Source: Azospirillum sp. (GTDB lineage: Bacteria; Pseudomonadota; Alphaproteobacteria; Azospirillales; Azospirillaceae). From it: a DNA stretch of 64,000 nucleotides. Positions 9,350 to 19,762 of this stretch are shown one piece after another. The stretch's first letter is position 1. Each line of letters opens with the position of its first letter. Below the pieces are notes generated by a model. It ran no database searches, was not told where the DNA came from, and saw only the letters and a program-made list of their open reading frames with translations. The position numbers and the translations under genes are program-made. The stretch covers positions 212-64,211 of the forward strand of contig DASWVP010000220.1 in NCBI GenBank assembly GCA_036401175.1. Direction: 5' to 3'.

Positions 9350-9630
9350 GTCAGCCGGCCCGTCCCTTCCGTGTCGTCATCCTCGTCGGCGCGGCGCAGC
9401 ATAGCGGGCGCACGGCGCGTCGCCAACTGTTGCGCCCAAGGCACAGTCAGGGCAGCCATGCTCCAACCGGGCTTGAGCCCGCTGGAACGGCGGCTATGTT
9501 GCAGTGCAATATGGTGTTCGGCCGATGCAACGGCCGGCGCAGCTCCACCGATCATCCGAAGAACAGGGGCAGGGTAGGGACGGACGCTCTGAAGCCGTGT
9601 GTCACCGTTTTTGACAACGTGGGTAAGAGC

Positions 9631-10194
9631 ATGCCAGTCTTTCGCAAAATGCTTCCGTCGGAAATGGCCCTCTACGAGGGGCATCTTCTGCGGCTGAGCC
9701 GGGCGGACCGCTACGCGCGTTTCGCCGGGACCGTCTCGGACGACGTCATCAAGCAGCATTGCCGGAAATTGGACTGGCGCCGCACGATCGCGATCGGTGG
9801 CTTCATCCAGGGCGATCTGCGTGCCGCCGTCGTGCTGTGCACCGACCGCCTGCTGTGGCCGGATCAGGCCGAGCTTGCCGTCAGCGTCGAAGGGGGCCTG
9901 CAGGGGCAGCGGGTCGGCACCACGCTGGTGCGCCGGGCGCTGACCATCGCCCGCAACCGGTCCATTCACACCGTCCACATGCTCGTCCAGGCGGAAAACA
10001 CGCGCATGCGCGCGCTGTCCGGCCGCTTCGGCGGACGCATGAAGCTGGAGGAGGGCGAAATCTCGGTCGTCTTCGACCTGCCGCCGCCCAACCAGTTCTC
10101 GCTGGGGCTGGAGGCGCTGGAAGACGGGGCGGGGGCGGTCGGCGCGATGCTCGACCGCATCCAGGCCGCCATGCCCGACCGCGCGGCGGCGTAA
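9631..10194 (+). CDS. GNAT family N-acetyltransferase
   Basis: HLLRLSRADRYARF, ELAVSV, acetyl-CoA loop QGQRVGT, ENTRMRAL. Confidence 0.85.
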   Translation: MPVFRKMLPSEMALYEGHLLRLSRADRYARFAGTVSDDVIKQHCRKLDWRRTIAIGGFIQGDLRAAVVLCTDRLLWPDQAELAVSVEGGLQGQRVGTTLVRRALTIARNRSIHTVHMLVQAENTRMRALSGRFGGRMKLEEGEISVVFDLPPPNQFSLGLEALEDGAGAVGAMLDRIQAAMPDRAAA

Positions 10195-10270
10195 CTCCAG
10201 GCTATCGGGGCCGGGCCATCGGGGCCGGGCCGCGTCGACGGCCCGGCGCCCGCTTGCGTCCAGTGGGTCC

Positions 10271-12403
10271 TTACGCCGCCTTGCGGGTGCGGCCGGCGAG
10301 GTGCTGGCCGACGCGCATGTCGTACTTCTGGATGTGTTCGCACAGCCAGTCGCAGACGAGGCGCAGCAGATCGTCGTTGACCTTCTCGCCGGACTTCAGG
10401 CGCTGGTGCAGGTCGCGCACGCGCTTCAGCAGGTCTTCGTGCTGCGCCTGATGCTCCTTCAACTGCGGGTAGGCGGAGTCGCGCATGGCCTGCTCCTCGT
10501 GCACGAAGTGCAGTTCGGTGTAGGCGATGAGCTGTTCGACCGATTCGCCGGTGACCGCCTGCGACCGGCCCTTGCGGACGTTGTCGTGCACGCGGTTCAT
10601 CAGGCCGACCAGGATCATGTGGTCGTTGTCGATGTCGTCATCGCCGACCGACAGGTTGTCGCCCCAGGCCATGTACAGTTCCTTGCCCTCGGTCGCGTGC
10701 AGGTCATCGATGCCGGCGGCGTTCACCGCCTCGACGTTGATGAGGAAGCTGTCGACCACCGCCTTCAGGGATACGGCCTGGGTGGTCAGGCTCTGCGCGG
10801 CCGACAGCAGCGTGCGGGCCGCCTCCTCCGTCTCCTGCGCCGAGGAGGAGACGCCGGTGATGCTGTACGAGACCTGCTCGGTGCCCTGCGCCGCCTCGGT
10901 GGCGGAGCGGGCGATCTCGCCGGTGGCGGCGCCCTGCTCCTGCACGGCGGCGGCGATGGAGGTGCCGATCTCGTCGCTCTGGCCGATGATGGCGGTGATC
11001 TCGCGGATGGCGTCCACCGCGTGGCCGGTCGCCTGCTGCACGCCGCTGATCTGCGCGGCGATCTCCTCGGTCGCCCTGGCGGTCTGGGTGGCGAGGTTCT
11101 TCACCTCGTTGGCGACGACGGCGAAGCCCTTGCCGGCCTCCCCCGCCCGCGCCGCCTCGATGGTGGCGTTGAGCGCCAGCAGGTTGGTCTGCGAGGCGAT
11201 CGAGGTGATGAGGTCGGCCACCTCGCCGATCTTCAGGGTGGCGTTGCCCAGGCTGGCGATCTGCCCGTCGGCGCGGCGCGACGCCTCCACCGCGTGGCCG
11301 GAGATCTGCGCGTTCACCGTCACCTGATGGCTGATCTCGGAAATGGCCTTCGACAGCTCCTCGGCTGCGTCGGCGACGGTCTGCACGTTGGCGGAGGCCT
11401 GCTGCGAGGCGCTGGCGACGGACGCCGCCTGCTGGAGGTTGCGGTCGGCGGTGCTGGACAGGCCGGCGGCCGTCGTCTCCAGCCCCTCGACCGCCTTCGA
11501 CACGGCGCCGACCATGTCGGAAACGGTGGCGTCGAAATGCTCGGTCAGGCGTTCCAGGGCGCGGGCGCGCTGCTCGGTCACGCGGTGCTCGACCTCCTGG
11601 CGCTCCCAGTGCGCCTTCAGCGCCACCTGATGCTCGCGGAACACCTCGACGGTGCGGGCCATGACGCCGATCTCGTCGCCGCGGTCCATGCCGGGCACGG
11701 CAAGGTCGGTGTCGCCGTCGGCAAGGCGCTGCATGACGCCGGTCATCGACTTGATCGGGCCGACGATGGTGCGGCTGACCAGCAGGGCCACGCCGACGCC
11801 GGCCAGCATCACCAGCAGGCCGATGCCGCCGATGCGCAGGGCCGCGTTCCAGAACGCCGTCTCGACGTCGTCGACGTAGATGCCCGAGCCGATCACCCAG
11901 CCCCAGGGCTGGAACCCGTGCACGTAGGAGATCTTCGGCACCGGCTGCGCCGCACCCGGCTTCGGCCACAGGTAGTCGACGAAGCCCTGGCCGCCGCCCT
12001 TGGCGACGGCGGCGAACTCGACGAACAGGCGCTTGCCATTGGGGTCCGTGTTCGTGGACATGTCCTTCCCCTCAAGCTCCGGCTTGAAGGGGTGCATGAT
12101 CATGCGCGGAGCGAGGTCGCTGATGAAGAAGTACTCCTCGCCGCTGTAGCGCAGCGCGCGCAGAGCCTCCTTGGCGGCGGCCTGCGCCTGCTCGGGCGTC
12201 AGGGCGCCCTTGCGCGCCAGCGCCTCGTGGTGGGCCACGAGGGTGTAGGCGACCTCGACCACGCTCTTCGCCTTGTCGTGCCGGTCCTTGTACAGCTCGC
12301 CGCGCAGGCCCAGCAGGCCCAGCACGAAAACGAGGACGAGGCCCAGCGCCGAAACGCCGAGGATGACGGAAATCTTCCCCTTGATGCCTATACGGTCCAA
12401 CAC
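10271..12403 (-). CDS. Methyl-accepting chemotaxis protein (Cache-HAMP-MA) with C-terminal bacteriohemerythrin
   Basis: TM-Cache ([28 protein letters not shown])-TM-HAMP; [30 protein letters not shown]; hemerythrin ligands H, HxxxE, HxxxH, HxxxxD. GTG 12403 with AAGGGG RBS. Confidence 0.92.
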   Translation of the reverse strand: MLDRIGIKGKISVILGVSALGLVLVFVLGLLGLRGELYKDRHDKAKSVVEVAYTLVAHHEALARKGALTPEQAQAAAKEALRALRYSGEEYFFISDLAPRMIMHPFKPELEGKDMSTNTDPNGKRLFVEFAAVAKGGGQGFVDYLWPKPGAAQPVPKISYVHGFQPWGWVIGSGIYVDDVETAFWNAALRIGGIGLLVMLAGVGVALLVSRTIVGPIKSMTGVMQRLADGDTDLAVPGMDRGDEIGVMARTVEVFREHQVALKAHWERQEVEHRVTEQRARALERLTEHFDATVSDMVGAVSKAVEGLETTAAGLSSTADRNLQQAASVASASQQASANVQTVADAAEELSKAISEISHQVTVNAQISGHAVEASRRADGQIASLGNATLKIGEVADLITSIASQTNLLALNATIEAARAGEAGKGFAVVANEVKNLATQTARATEEIAAQISGVQQATGHAVDAIREITAIIGQSDEIGTSIAAAVQEQGAATGEIARSATEAAQGTEQVSYSITGVSSSAQETEEAARTLLSAAQSLTTQAVSLKAVVDSFLINVEAVNAAGIDDLHATEGKELYMAWGDNLSVGDDDIDNDHMILVGLMNRVHDNVRKGRSQAVTGESVEQLIAYTELHFVHEEQAMRDSAYPQLKEHQAQHEDLLKRVRDLHQRLKSGEKVNDDLLRLVCDWLCEHIQKYDMRVGQHLAGRTRKAA

Positions 12404-12547
12404 GGTGCGCTTCCCCTTGCCTGTCTGGTTGTTGGCGGCTGTTGCGTTGGGGCGTCCGATCCCGGCAATTCCGCTAAAATTTTTTATGATGTTTAGGTTT
12501 GATTCATTGTATCCGTCAAGGCGGTCCGCACGGTTCCGTATATAGAC

Positions 12548-12576
12548 AAAAGCGCGCACCCCTGGGGGTGCGCGCT
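12548..12576 (-). terminator. Probable intrinsic terminator after phoH
   Basis: Minus strand GCGCGCACCCC hairpin followed by TTTT. Confidence 0.6.
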
Positions 12577-12621
12577 CGGATTGGTAATACCAGTTGTTCC
12601 CGGTTGTTTCTTCGCCGTTAC

Positions 12622-13362
12622 TTACAACACGGTCAGCATGCTGGCGACCAGCGGGTGGCGGACGATGTCCGTCTCGGCCAGACGGACCACCGCGATCCCC
12701 TCCACCGCCTCCAGCCGCCGGGCGATGTCCGTCAGGCCGGAGAGGTTGTCCAGCAGGTCGGTCTGGTCCGGGTCGCCGGTCAGCACCATGGTGGAGTGCC
12801 AGCCCAGCCGGGTCAGCAGCATCTTGATCTGCGCGTAGGTGCAGTTCTGCGCCTCGTCGATCACCACGAAGGCGTTGTTCAGCGTGCGGCCGCGCATGAA
12901 ACCGACCGGCGCGATCTCGATGGTGCCTTCCTGCATGAGCTGGCGCAGCCGCTTGCCGCCCAGCCGGTCGGTCAGGGCGTCGTACAGCGGGCGCAGGAAG
13001 GGGGCCATCTTCTCGTGCATGTCGCCGGGCAGATAGCCGATGCTTTCACCGGCCTCGATGGCCGGGCGGGAGAGGACGATGCGGTCGACCTTGCCGCCGT
13101 CCAGCGCCTCGACGGCGGAGGAGATGGCGAGGTAGGTCTTGCCGGTGCCGGCCGGGCCGAGCGCCACCACGAGGTTGTGCGACTGGATCGCCTCCAGAAG
13201 GTGGCGCTGGTTGTCGCTCTGCGGCTTGACCTTGCGCAGGTAGCTCTGGTCGCGGCGATCCTCCGGTGCCAGCGGGTCCCAGCCGCTGTTCGGGAACAGC
13301 GGGTGGACCTTCGAGTCGGATGCCTGCGGGGCAGCGCTGCCTTTGGTCTGGCGCTTCGCCAT
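12622..13362 (-). CDS. phoH: PhoH family ATPase
   Basis: [45 protein letters not shown]. Confidence 0.93.
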   Translation of the reverse strand: MAKRQTKGSAAPQASDSKVHPLFPNSGWDPLAPEDRRDQSYLRKVKPQSDNQRHLLEAIQSHNLVVALGPAGTGKTYLAISSAVEALDGGKVDRIVLSRPAIEAGESIGYLPGDMHEKMAPFLRPLYDALTDRLGGKRLRQLMQEGTIEIAPVGFMRGRTLNNAFVVIDEAQNCTYAQIKMLLTRLGWHSTMVLTGDPDQTDLLDNLSGLTDIARRLEAVEGIAVVRLAETDIVRHPLVASMLTVL

Positions 13363-13407
13363 GTCGCTCTCCTCACGTCTGGGGGTAAGCGGGGTGACGG
13401 CGGGCAC

Positions 13408-13431
13408 AAAAAAGCCTCCCGCAAGGGAGGC
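13408..13431 (-). terminator. Intrinsic terminator in the phoH 5' region
   Basis: Minus strand GCCTCCC-TTGC-GGGAGGC-TTTTTT, ending about 45 nt upstream of the phoH start. Confidence 0.75.
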
Positions 13432-13671
13432 CGCGAACGTTCGTGATGATGCGGGATGTGCCCGACGCCGGCTTGCGGTTGCGAGGCGGACGCCCGTCCC
13501 GCCGAGCCCGGACGGGGCTGCGGAAGGACCGCTGGACGCCATGGACGATGGATCGTGCAAGCCGAACTCCACGTCTGCCGAAAACTGATGGCCGAAGAGT
13601 GCCTCGCCAACTCAACCATAACCTGAGTAACGCGCTCTGTCAGCCAAAGTTGCGTCCTACGCAAAAAATTC

Positions 13672-13687
13672 ACACTACATGTTGTGG
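13672..13687. promoter_or_regulatory. NrdR-box-like palindrome
   Basis: ACACTACATGTTGTGG fits acaCwAtATaTwGtg geometry; lies in the phoH/minC divergent region. Confidence 0.4.
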
Positions 13688-14157
13688 GGGGGCGCGCGCG
13701 GCAGGCGACCAGCGCATACGGCCGACCCTGTTTGGGCCGGTGTCCCATCGGGGTGGCGAGCGCGTCCACACGGGGTAGACGGTGCCCGCCGCAGCGGTGT
13801 CGGCGCTGTTCTTATGCCACCATCACGCGAGCCGTGGGCGGGGGCGGCGCGCATCGGGAGACGGTATCTTCCGTCACGAAACCCTTTGCCCCCCATATGG
13901 AGATCCGTTACTATACTTTGTGGTGGGGTAGGTGGCTGACCCAATTGGTCGTCCCCGATACGGATGGTCGCGCTGGCGGGGTGCCGGGCCGGGAAGGCTG
14001 GGGCTCTGCGGCGCGATGTGCCGTTTTGCGGCGGGCTGTCGGTTGTCACTTCCCCGGGGCGTCGACTCCCTTGAACGGGACGGGGGCGCCTCGCTAGAAC
14101 GCGGGGGCGGATCGCGCGCCGGCGGGCGGGCGGATCGGATTTTTGGGTCACAGCAGG

Positions 14158-14907
14158 ATGGTGGCGGTGAGCAGCGCCAGTCAGGTCGCCGAACGGGATG
14201 CGCCGTTCCAGTTCCGGGGGAACTCCTTCACCATGATGGTGCTGAAGGTGGTCGACCCGGCGTCGCCGAATTTCTTTTCGCAGCTGGCCAGCAAGGTGCG
14301 CCAGGCACCCAACTTTTTCCGGCACGCGCCGGTCGTGCTCGATTTCGACGAACTGCCGGAGGGCGCCGCCGGTTTCGACGTCACCGCCTTCGCACTGAAG
14401 GTGCGCGAGCAACACCTGCTGCCGATCGGCTTCGTCGGCGGTCCGCGCGCGGTGCAGGAGGCGGCGCTGGCCATCGGGCTGGTGCCGATGCCGGCCGGCC
14501 GCGCGGCGCGCCTGGACGTGGTGCGCGCGCCCGACAGTTCCGCCGTGGCCCCTCCGGCCCCGCCGCCGGAGCCGGCCTATCGCCCGGCCCTGGTGGTGAG
14601 CGAGCCGGTACGTTCGGGCACGCAGGTCTATGCCGAGAAATGCGACCTCATCATCATGTCCTCGGTCAGTCACGGGGCGGAGGTGCTGGCGGATGGCAAC
14701 ATCCACATCTATGGCGCGCTGCGCGGGCGGGCGCTGGCCGGCATCTCGGGCGACGCGGGTGCGCGGGTCTTCTGCCAGAGCCTGGAGGCCGAGCTGGTCT
14801 CCATCTGCGGGCTCTACCGCGTCAGCGAGGACATGGACGAAGCGGTCGTGAAGAAACCCGTGCAGATCCGGTTGAGCGAGGGCTACCTGCACATCGAACC
14901 ACTCTGA
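14158..14907 (+). CDS. minC: Septum site-determining protein MinC
   Basis: QAPNFFRHAPVVLD, VRSGTQVYA, GAEVLADGNIHIYGALRGRALAG, LEAELVSI. Confidence 0.95.
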   Translation: MVAVSSASQVAERDAPFQFRGNSFTMMVLKVVDPASPNFFSQLASKVRQAPNFFRHAPVVLDFDELPEGAAGFDVTAFALKVREQHLLPIGFVGGPRAVQEAALAIGLVPMPAGRAARLDVVRAPDSSAVAPPAPPPEPAYRPALVVSEPVRSGTQVYAEKCDLIIMSSVSHGAEVLADGNIHIYGALRGRALAGISGDAGARVFCQSLEAELVSICGLYRVSEDMDEAVVKKPVQIRLSEGYLHIEPL

Positions 14908-14989
14908 TGCCCCCGTTCCGGGGATCGTCGTATCCCCGGCGCGCGCGGACATCGGTTGTCGGAAACTCTAGCTTCTTAGGAGAGGCTCG

Positions 14990-15805
14990 TTGGGCAAGAT
15001 CATCGTCATGACCTCCGGCAAGGGCGGCGTGGGCAAGACCACATCGAGCGCCGCGTTTGCCACCGGTTTGGCCTTGCGCGGCTTCAAGACGGTCGTCATC
15101 GACTTCGACGTTGGCCTGCGCAACCTCGACCTCGTGATGGGATGCGAGCGCCGGGTGGTGTTCGACTTCATCAACGTCATCAACGGCGAAGCGAAGCTGA
15201 ATCAGGCGCTCATCAAGGATAAGAGGGTCGACAACCTCTACATCCTGCCGACCTCGCAGACCCGCGACAAGGACGCGCTGACCAAGGACGGCGTCGAGCG
15301 CATCCTGAACGATCTGTGCAAGGACTTCGACTACATCGTCTGCGACAGCCCGGCGGGCATCGAGCGCGGCGCGCTGATGTCGCTGTACTTCGCCGACCAC
15401 GCCATCATCGTGACCAACCCCGAGGTGTCGTCGGTGCGCGACAGCGACCGCATCCTGGGCGTCCTGAACTCGAAGTCGCGCCGCGCCGAGCGTGGCGAGG
15501 AGCCGGTGACGCAGCACCTGCTGCTGACCCGCTACGACCCGGAGCGCGTCGAGCGCGGCGAGATGCTGAAGGTCGACGACGTGCTGGAGATCCTGGCGAT
15601 CCCGCTCCTGGGCGTGATCCCCGAGAGCCAGGCGGTGCTGCGCGCCTCCAACATCGGCATGCCGGTGATCCTCGACGAGGCGTCCAACGCCGGTCAGGCG
15701 TATCTCGACTCCGTCGGCCGCTTCCTCGGCGAGGATGTCGAGCACCGCTTCATCTCGGTTCCGAAGAAGGGCCTGTTCAGCCGCTTTCTCCGGAGGTCGG
15801 CATGA
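14990..15805 (+). CDS. minD: Septum site-determining ATPase MinD
   Basis: TSGKGGVGKTT, DFDVGLRNLD, DSPAGIE, C-terminal amphipathic KGLFSRFL; TTG start after AGGAG. Confidence 0.97.
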   Translation: MGKIIVMTSGKGGVGKTTSSAAFATGLALRGFKTVVIDFDVGLRNLDLVMGCERRVVFDFINVINGEAKLNQALIKDKRVDNLYILPTSQTRDKDALTKDGVERILNDLCKDFDYIVCDSPAGIERGALMSLYFADHAIIVTNPEVSSVRDSDRILGVLNSKSRRAERGEEPVTQHLLLTRYDPERVERGEMLKVDDVLEILAIPLLGVIPESQAVLRASNIGMPVILDEASNAGQAYLDSVGRFLGEDVEHRFISVPKKGLFSRFLRRSA

Positions 15806-16209
15806 GCATCTTCAGCTTTTTCCGATCCGCGCCGAAGCCCTCCGCCGTCCAGGCGAAGGAGCGTCTGCAGATCGTCATGGCGCACGAGCGGGTCGGGCGC
15901 TCGGGACCGGACTACCTGCCGATGCTCCAGCAGGAGCTGCTGGCGGTGATCGCCAAGTACGTCGACATCGACGCCAACAAGGTCGAGGTCAAGCTCGACC
16001 GCGGCGGCGACTGCTCGACGCTGGAGGTCAACATCGAGCTGCCGAGCCGCGACCAGATCAAGCCGATCAAGGTCGAGGCCAAGGGCGCCGAGGCAAAGCC
16101 CGGCACCGGGAACGGCAAGCCGGAGGCGGGCAAGTCGTCGACGACCTCGTCGGTAGCCCCTTCGGCCGGCGCCGTGCTGACCAACGGCGGCGTGTCGAAG
16201 CGTCACTGA
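15802..16209 (+). CDS. minE: Cell division topological specificity factor MinE with C-terminal extension
   Basis: MSIFSFF...AKERLQIVMAHER...LLAVIAKYV...LEVNIELP; ATGA overlap with minD. Confidence 0.95.
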   Translation: MSIFSFFRSAPKPSAVQAKERLQIVMAHERVGRSGPDYLPMLQQELLAVIAKYVDIDANKVEVKLDRGGDCSTLEVNIELPSRDQIKPIKVEAKGAEAKPGTGNGKPEAGKSSTTSSVAPSAGAVLTNGGVSKRH

Positions 16210-16326
16210 GGCGAGCGGGGCGGACCGTTCCGCACTCCATACCTCTCCGCTCCCCATCCGTCCGGGTTTACGGCCGCACCAAGTGGTGCTTAGCTGTGGC
16301 GACGGGTGTGATGGGGGAGAAGGACG

Positions 16327-17694
16327 ATGTTTCTCGATTGCGCGCAGCTCATCGCCGGCAACGAGCCGCGCCTGTCCAACGGGATGGCGGTCACCGACGT
16401 GGACGGCGACGGGGCCTTCGAGATCGTCGTCACCGGCTATGGCACCAACAACCTCGTCCTCAAGTGGGACGGCCGGCAGTTGCGCGACGTCGCCGACCCG
16501 GTTCTGGCCGACGCCACGCGCATGGCGCTTGCCGTTGCCGCCGCCGACGTGGACGGCGACGGGCGCGAGGAGATCTACGTCGTCAACACCGATTGCGGCG
16601 ACGATGCCGACGAGACCTGCGACCGGCTGTTCGCCGGATTCGGCAACCGCTGGATGGACCTGCTGAGCCAGGCGGAGAACGCCACGGTCGCCAACCGGCT
16701 GCCCGGCCGCTCGGTCGCCGTGCTCGACCGCGCCGGGCGCGGGCGGTACGGCTTCCTGCTGGCCAGCGACGGCGCCCCCTTCCGCCTGTACGAGCTAGGC
16801 CGGCGTGGCCGGCTCGTGGATGCCGCCGAGGAATCCGGGCTCGACCTCATTGGCGCCGGGCGCGGGCTGGTCTGCCTGCCGCTGGTGTCCGAGCGCATGG
16901 ACGTCTTCGCCGCCAACGAAGGCGGGCCCAACTTCCTGTTCCGCAACCTGGGCGACGGCACCTTCGAGGAGATCGCCGAGGAGCGCGGCGTCACCGATTC
17001 CCGCTTCGCCGGGCGTGGCGTGGCCGCGCTGGACGCCGACGGCGACGGGCTGATGGACCTGCTGGTCGGGCATTGGGAGGGGCCGCAGCGGCTCTACCTG
17101 CAACGCTCCGGCGGCGGCTTCGTGGACGTCGCCGATGCCGAGATGTCGATGCCCGCCCGCGTCAGCACGGTGATCGCCGCCGATTTCGACAACGACGGCC
17201 ATGACGAGCTGTTCTTCAACGTCTGCGGCGGGCCGAACCGCTTGTTCGCATGGCGCCACGACCAGTGGACCGAGATCGACCTGGGCGACGCCGTCGAGGA
17301 AAAGGGGTTCGGCACCGGCGCGGTGGTCGCCGACATCGACGGCGACGGGCGGCTGGAACTGCTGATCGCCCACGGCGACGTGACGGAACAGCCGCTGTCG
17401 CTCTACCGCACCACGCCCAACGACAATGCATGGTTGCGGGTGCAGCCGCTCACGCCCTACGGCGCCCCGGCGCGCGGCGCGCTGGTGTCCTGCGTGGCCG
17501 GCGGGCGGCGGCAGACGCGGGCGGTGTGCGCCGGCTCCGGCTATCTCTGCCAGATGGAACCGGTGGCGCATTTCGGCCTGGGCGACGCCCGCGCGGTCGA
17601 GCGGATCGAGGTGCGCTGGCCGGATGGCATGGAGGCGATCATCGAGGCGCCGCCGCTCGGGCGCGTGCTGACCGTGCCGCATCCCCCGGAATAG
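16327..17694 (+). CDS. CRTAC1 family protein (FG-GAP repeats + ASPIC/UnbV domain)
   Basis: Repeated DVDGDG/DFDNDG calcium-blade motifs; C-terminal GSGYLCQMEPVAHFGLG...VRWPDG. Confidence 0.9.
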   Translation: MFLDCAQLIAGNEPRLSNGMAVTDVDGDGAFEIVVTGYGTNNLVLKWDGRQLRDVADPVLADATRMALAVAAADVDGDGREEIYVVNTDCGDDADETCDRLFAGFGNRWMDLLSQAENATVANRLPGRSVAVLDRAGRGRYGFLLASDGAPFRLYELGRRGRLVDAAEESGLDLIGAGRGLVCLPLVSERMDVFAANEGGPNFLFRNLGDGTFEEIAEERGVTDSRFAGRGVAALDADGDGLMDLLVGHWEGPQRLYLQRSGGGFVDVADAEMSMPARVSTVIAADFDNDGHDELFFNVCGGPNRLFAWRHDQWTEIDLGDAVEEKGFGTGAVVADIDGDGRLELLIAHGDVTEQPLSLYRTTPNDNAWLRVQPLTPYGAPARGALVSCVAGGRRQTRAVCAGSGYLCQMEPVAHFGLGDARAVERIEVRWPDGMEAIIEAPPLGRVLTVPHPPE

Positions 17695-17874
17695 GCGGGT
17701 GGAAAAGAACGAAATATTTTAGAGTAGTAACGGACTTTAACCTTTCCGCAAAGGCTTGTGGCCTTTAAAGTCGAACGTCCCGCGGCGTTTCGGAAGAACG
17801 CGACGGGAGGGAGATGACAGCGCCGTAACAATGAGCCCTGCGGCATCGCGCGCCGGGCCGCTTGAGGCAATCGT

Positions 17875-18399
17875 ATGGCACGACGTGACGTTCCCCTGAC
17901 CGGGGTGGAACGGTTCTTCGACGCTGACGAGGTGATCGTCAGCAAGACCGATCTGAAGGGTCGAATCACCTACGCGAACCGTGTGTTCCAGCGCATCGCC
18001 GGCTATTCCGAGGACGAACTGCTCGGCGCGCCCCATTCGATCGTGCGCCACCCGGACATGCCGCGCTGCGTCTTCAAGCTGTTGTGGGACACGCTGGCGG
18101 CGGAGAAGGAGATCTTCGCCTACGTCGTCAACCGGGCCCGGAACGGCGACCATTATTGGGTGTTCGCGCACGTCACGCCCAGCTACGACGACGCGGGCAA
18201 GGTGGTCGGCTATCACTCCAGCCGCCGGGTGCCCGAGCGTTCGGCCATCGACAAAGTGGTGCCGCTCTACCGTACGTTGCTGAGCGTCGAAGAGGGGCAG
18301 CCCGACCGCAAGCAAGGCATGGAGGCGGCCTTCGGCGCCGTGGTGAAGCTGCTGACCGAGAAGGGGATCGGTTATGACGAATTCGTCTTCTCTCTCTAA
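17875..18399 (+). CDS. Stand-alone Aer-type PAS sensor (CetB-like)
   Basis: [47 protein letters not shown]. Confidence 0.9.
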   Translation: MARRDVPLTGVERFFDADEVIVSKTDLKGRITYANRVFQRIAGYSEDELLGAPHSIVRHPDMPRCVFKLLWDTLAAEKEIFAYVVNRARNGDHYWVFAHVTPSYDDAGKVVGYHSSRRVPERSAIDKVVPLYRTLLSVEEGQPDRKQGMEAAFGAVVKLLTEKGIGYDEFVFSL

Positions 18400-19684
18400 G
18401 GCTTCGGCGCTGGCGGCGCTGGCCGCCCTGCTCCAGGTGCTGAACCTCGCCGCCGACGGCCTGGGCCTGGGCGGCACGGTGGTGCGCATCGGCTTCAGCG
18501 CGGCCGCCTTCGCGGCGCTCATTGCAGCGGTGCTGTGCCTGCGTAGCGCGGCGCGCGCGGTGGCCGAGGCGACCGAGGTGTGCCGGCAGGTGGGGCGCGG
18601 CAATTTCGAGGCGCGCGTCGTCCGCGTCACCGAAAAGGGCGACCTGGGCGCGTTGTTCTACGGCCTGAACGACATGATCGACCGCACCGACGCCTTCGTG
18701 CGCGAGGCGGCGGCGTCGATGGCCTGCGTTTCCTCCAACAAGTATTTCCGCCGCATCGTGCTGAAGGGCATGGACGGCAGCTTCCTGCGCGCCAGCCGCA
18801 CGATCAACGCCGCAACCGACTCCATGGCCCAGAAGGTGAAGGGCTTCGCCGGGGTGACCGAACGCTTCGAGGGGCAGATCCGTCAGGTCTGCTCCGAGGT
18901 GGCCGGGGCCGCGCACCACCTGGAGATGAGCGCGCGTTCCATGGAATCCGACGCGCAGACGGCGACCGGCAAGGCGTCGTCGGTGGCGAGCGCGGCGGCG
19001 CAGACTGGCTCCAGCGTCGGCAGCGTGGCGGCGGCGACCGAGGAGCTGTCCGCCTCCATCGGCGAGATCGCGCGCCGGGTGGAGGAGGTGGCCTCCGTCG
19101 CCTCCGACGCCGCCGGCGAGGCGGAGCGCACCAACGCGCTGGTCGGCGACCTGTCGGGCGCGGCGCGGACGGTGGGCGACGTCATCACGCTGATCAACGA
19201 CATCGCCAGCCAGACCAACCTGCTCGCGCTGAACGCCACTATCGAGGCGGCGCGCGCGGGAGATGCCGGCAAGGGCTTCGCCGTGGTGGCGCAGGAGGTC
19301 AAGCGTCTGGCCGACCAGACCGGCAAGGCGACCGGCGAGATCAGCCAGCAGATCGCCGGCATCCAGTCCTCGACCGAGCAGGCGGTGGGCGCCATCGTCG
19401 GCATCGCGCGGACCATCCACAACATCAACGGCATCGCCGGCGGCATCGCCTCGGCCATCGAGCATCAGGGCTCGGCGATCCGCGAGATCGTGCAGAGCAT
19501 GGACCACGCGGCGGCCGGCACGCGCGCCGTGTCCGACGACATCCAGGACGTGACCACCGCCGCCGAGCGGACCTGCGGCACCGCGCACGAGGTGTTCGCC
19601 GCGTCCGAGCAGATGGCCGTGCAGGCCGACCGGCTGGCGCACGAAGTGCAGGTCTTCCTCGACGAGATCCACAAGGTCGCCTGA
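18374..19684 (+). CDS. Methyl-accepting chemotaxis protein lacking a periplasmic sensor (CetA-like)
   Basis: TM hairpin, HAMP-like segments, [20 protein letters not shown]; overlaps the PAS gene. Confidence 0.9.
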   Translation: MTNSSSLSKASALAALAALLQVLNLAADGLGLGGTVVRIGFSAAAFAALIAAVLCLRSAARAVAEATEVCRQVGRGNFEARVVRVTEKGDLGALFYGLNDMIDRTDAFVREAAASMACVSSNKYFRRIVLKGMDGSFLRASRTINAATDSMAQKVKGFAGVTERFEGQIRQVCSEVAGAAHHLEMSARSMESDAQTATGKASSVASAAAQTGSSVGSVAAATEELSASIGEIARRVEEVASVASDAAGEAERTNALVGDLSGAARTVGDVITLINDIASQTNLLALNATIEAARAGDAGKGFAVVAQEVKRLADQTGKATGEISQQIAGIQSSTEQAVGAIVGIARTIHNINGIAGGIASAIEHQGSAIREIVQSMDHAAAGTRAVSDDIQDVTTAAERTCGTAHEVFAASEQMAVQADRLAHEVQVFLDEIHKVA

Positions 19685-19706
19685 CCCCCCGCGCGTTTCC
19701 AAACGA

Positions 19707-19743
19707 AACGGGCCGCCCCTTGCGGGGGCGGCCCGTTCCTTTT
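19707..19743 (+). terminator. Intrinsic terminator between convergent genes
   Basis: AACGGGCCGCCCC / GGGGCGGCCCGTT stem followed by CCTTTT. Confidence 0.7.
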
Positions 19744-19762
19744 GGCATGGGCGCCCGGTGTC

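Noticed and set aside
13363-13572. Extended phoH N-terminus from 13572
   Set aside because: It would run through an intrinsic terminator; ATG 13362 has a purine-rich RBS.
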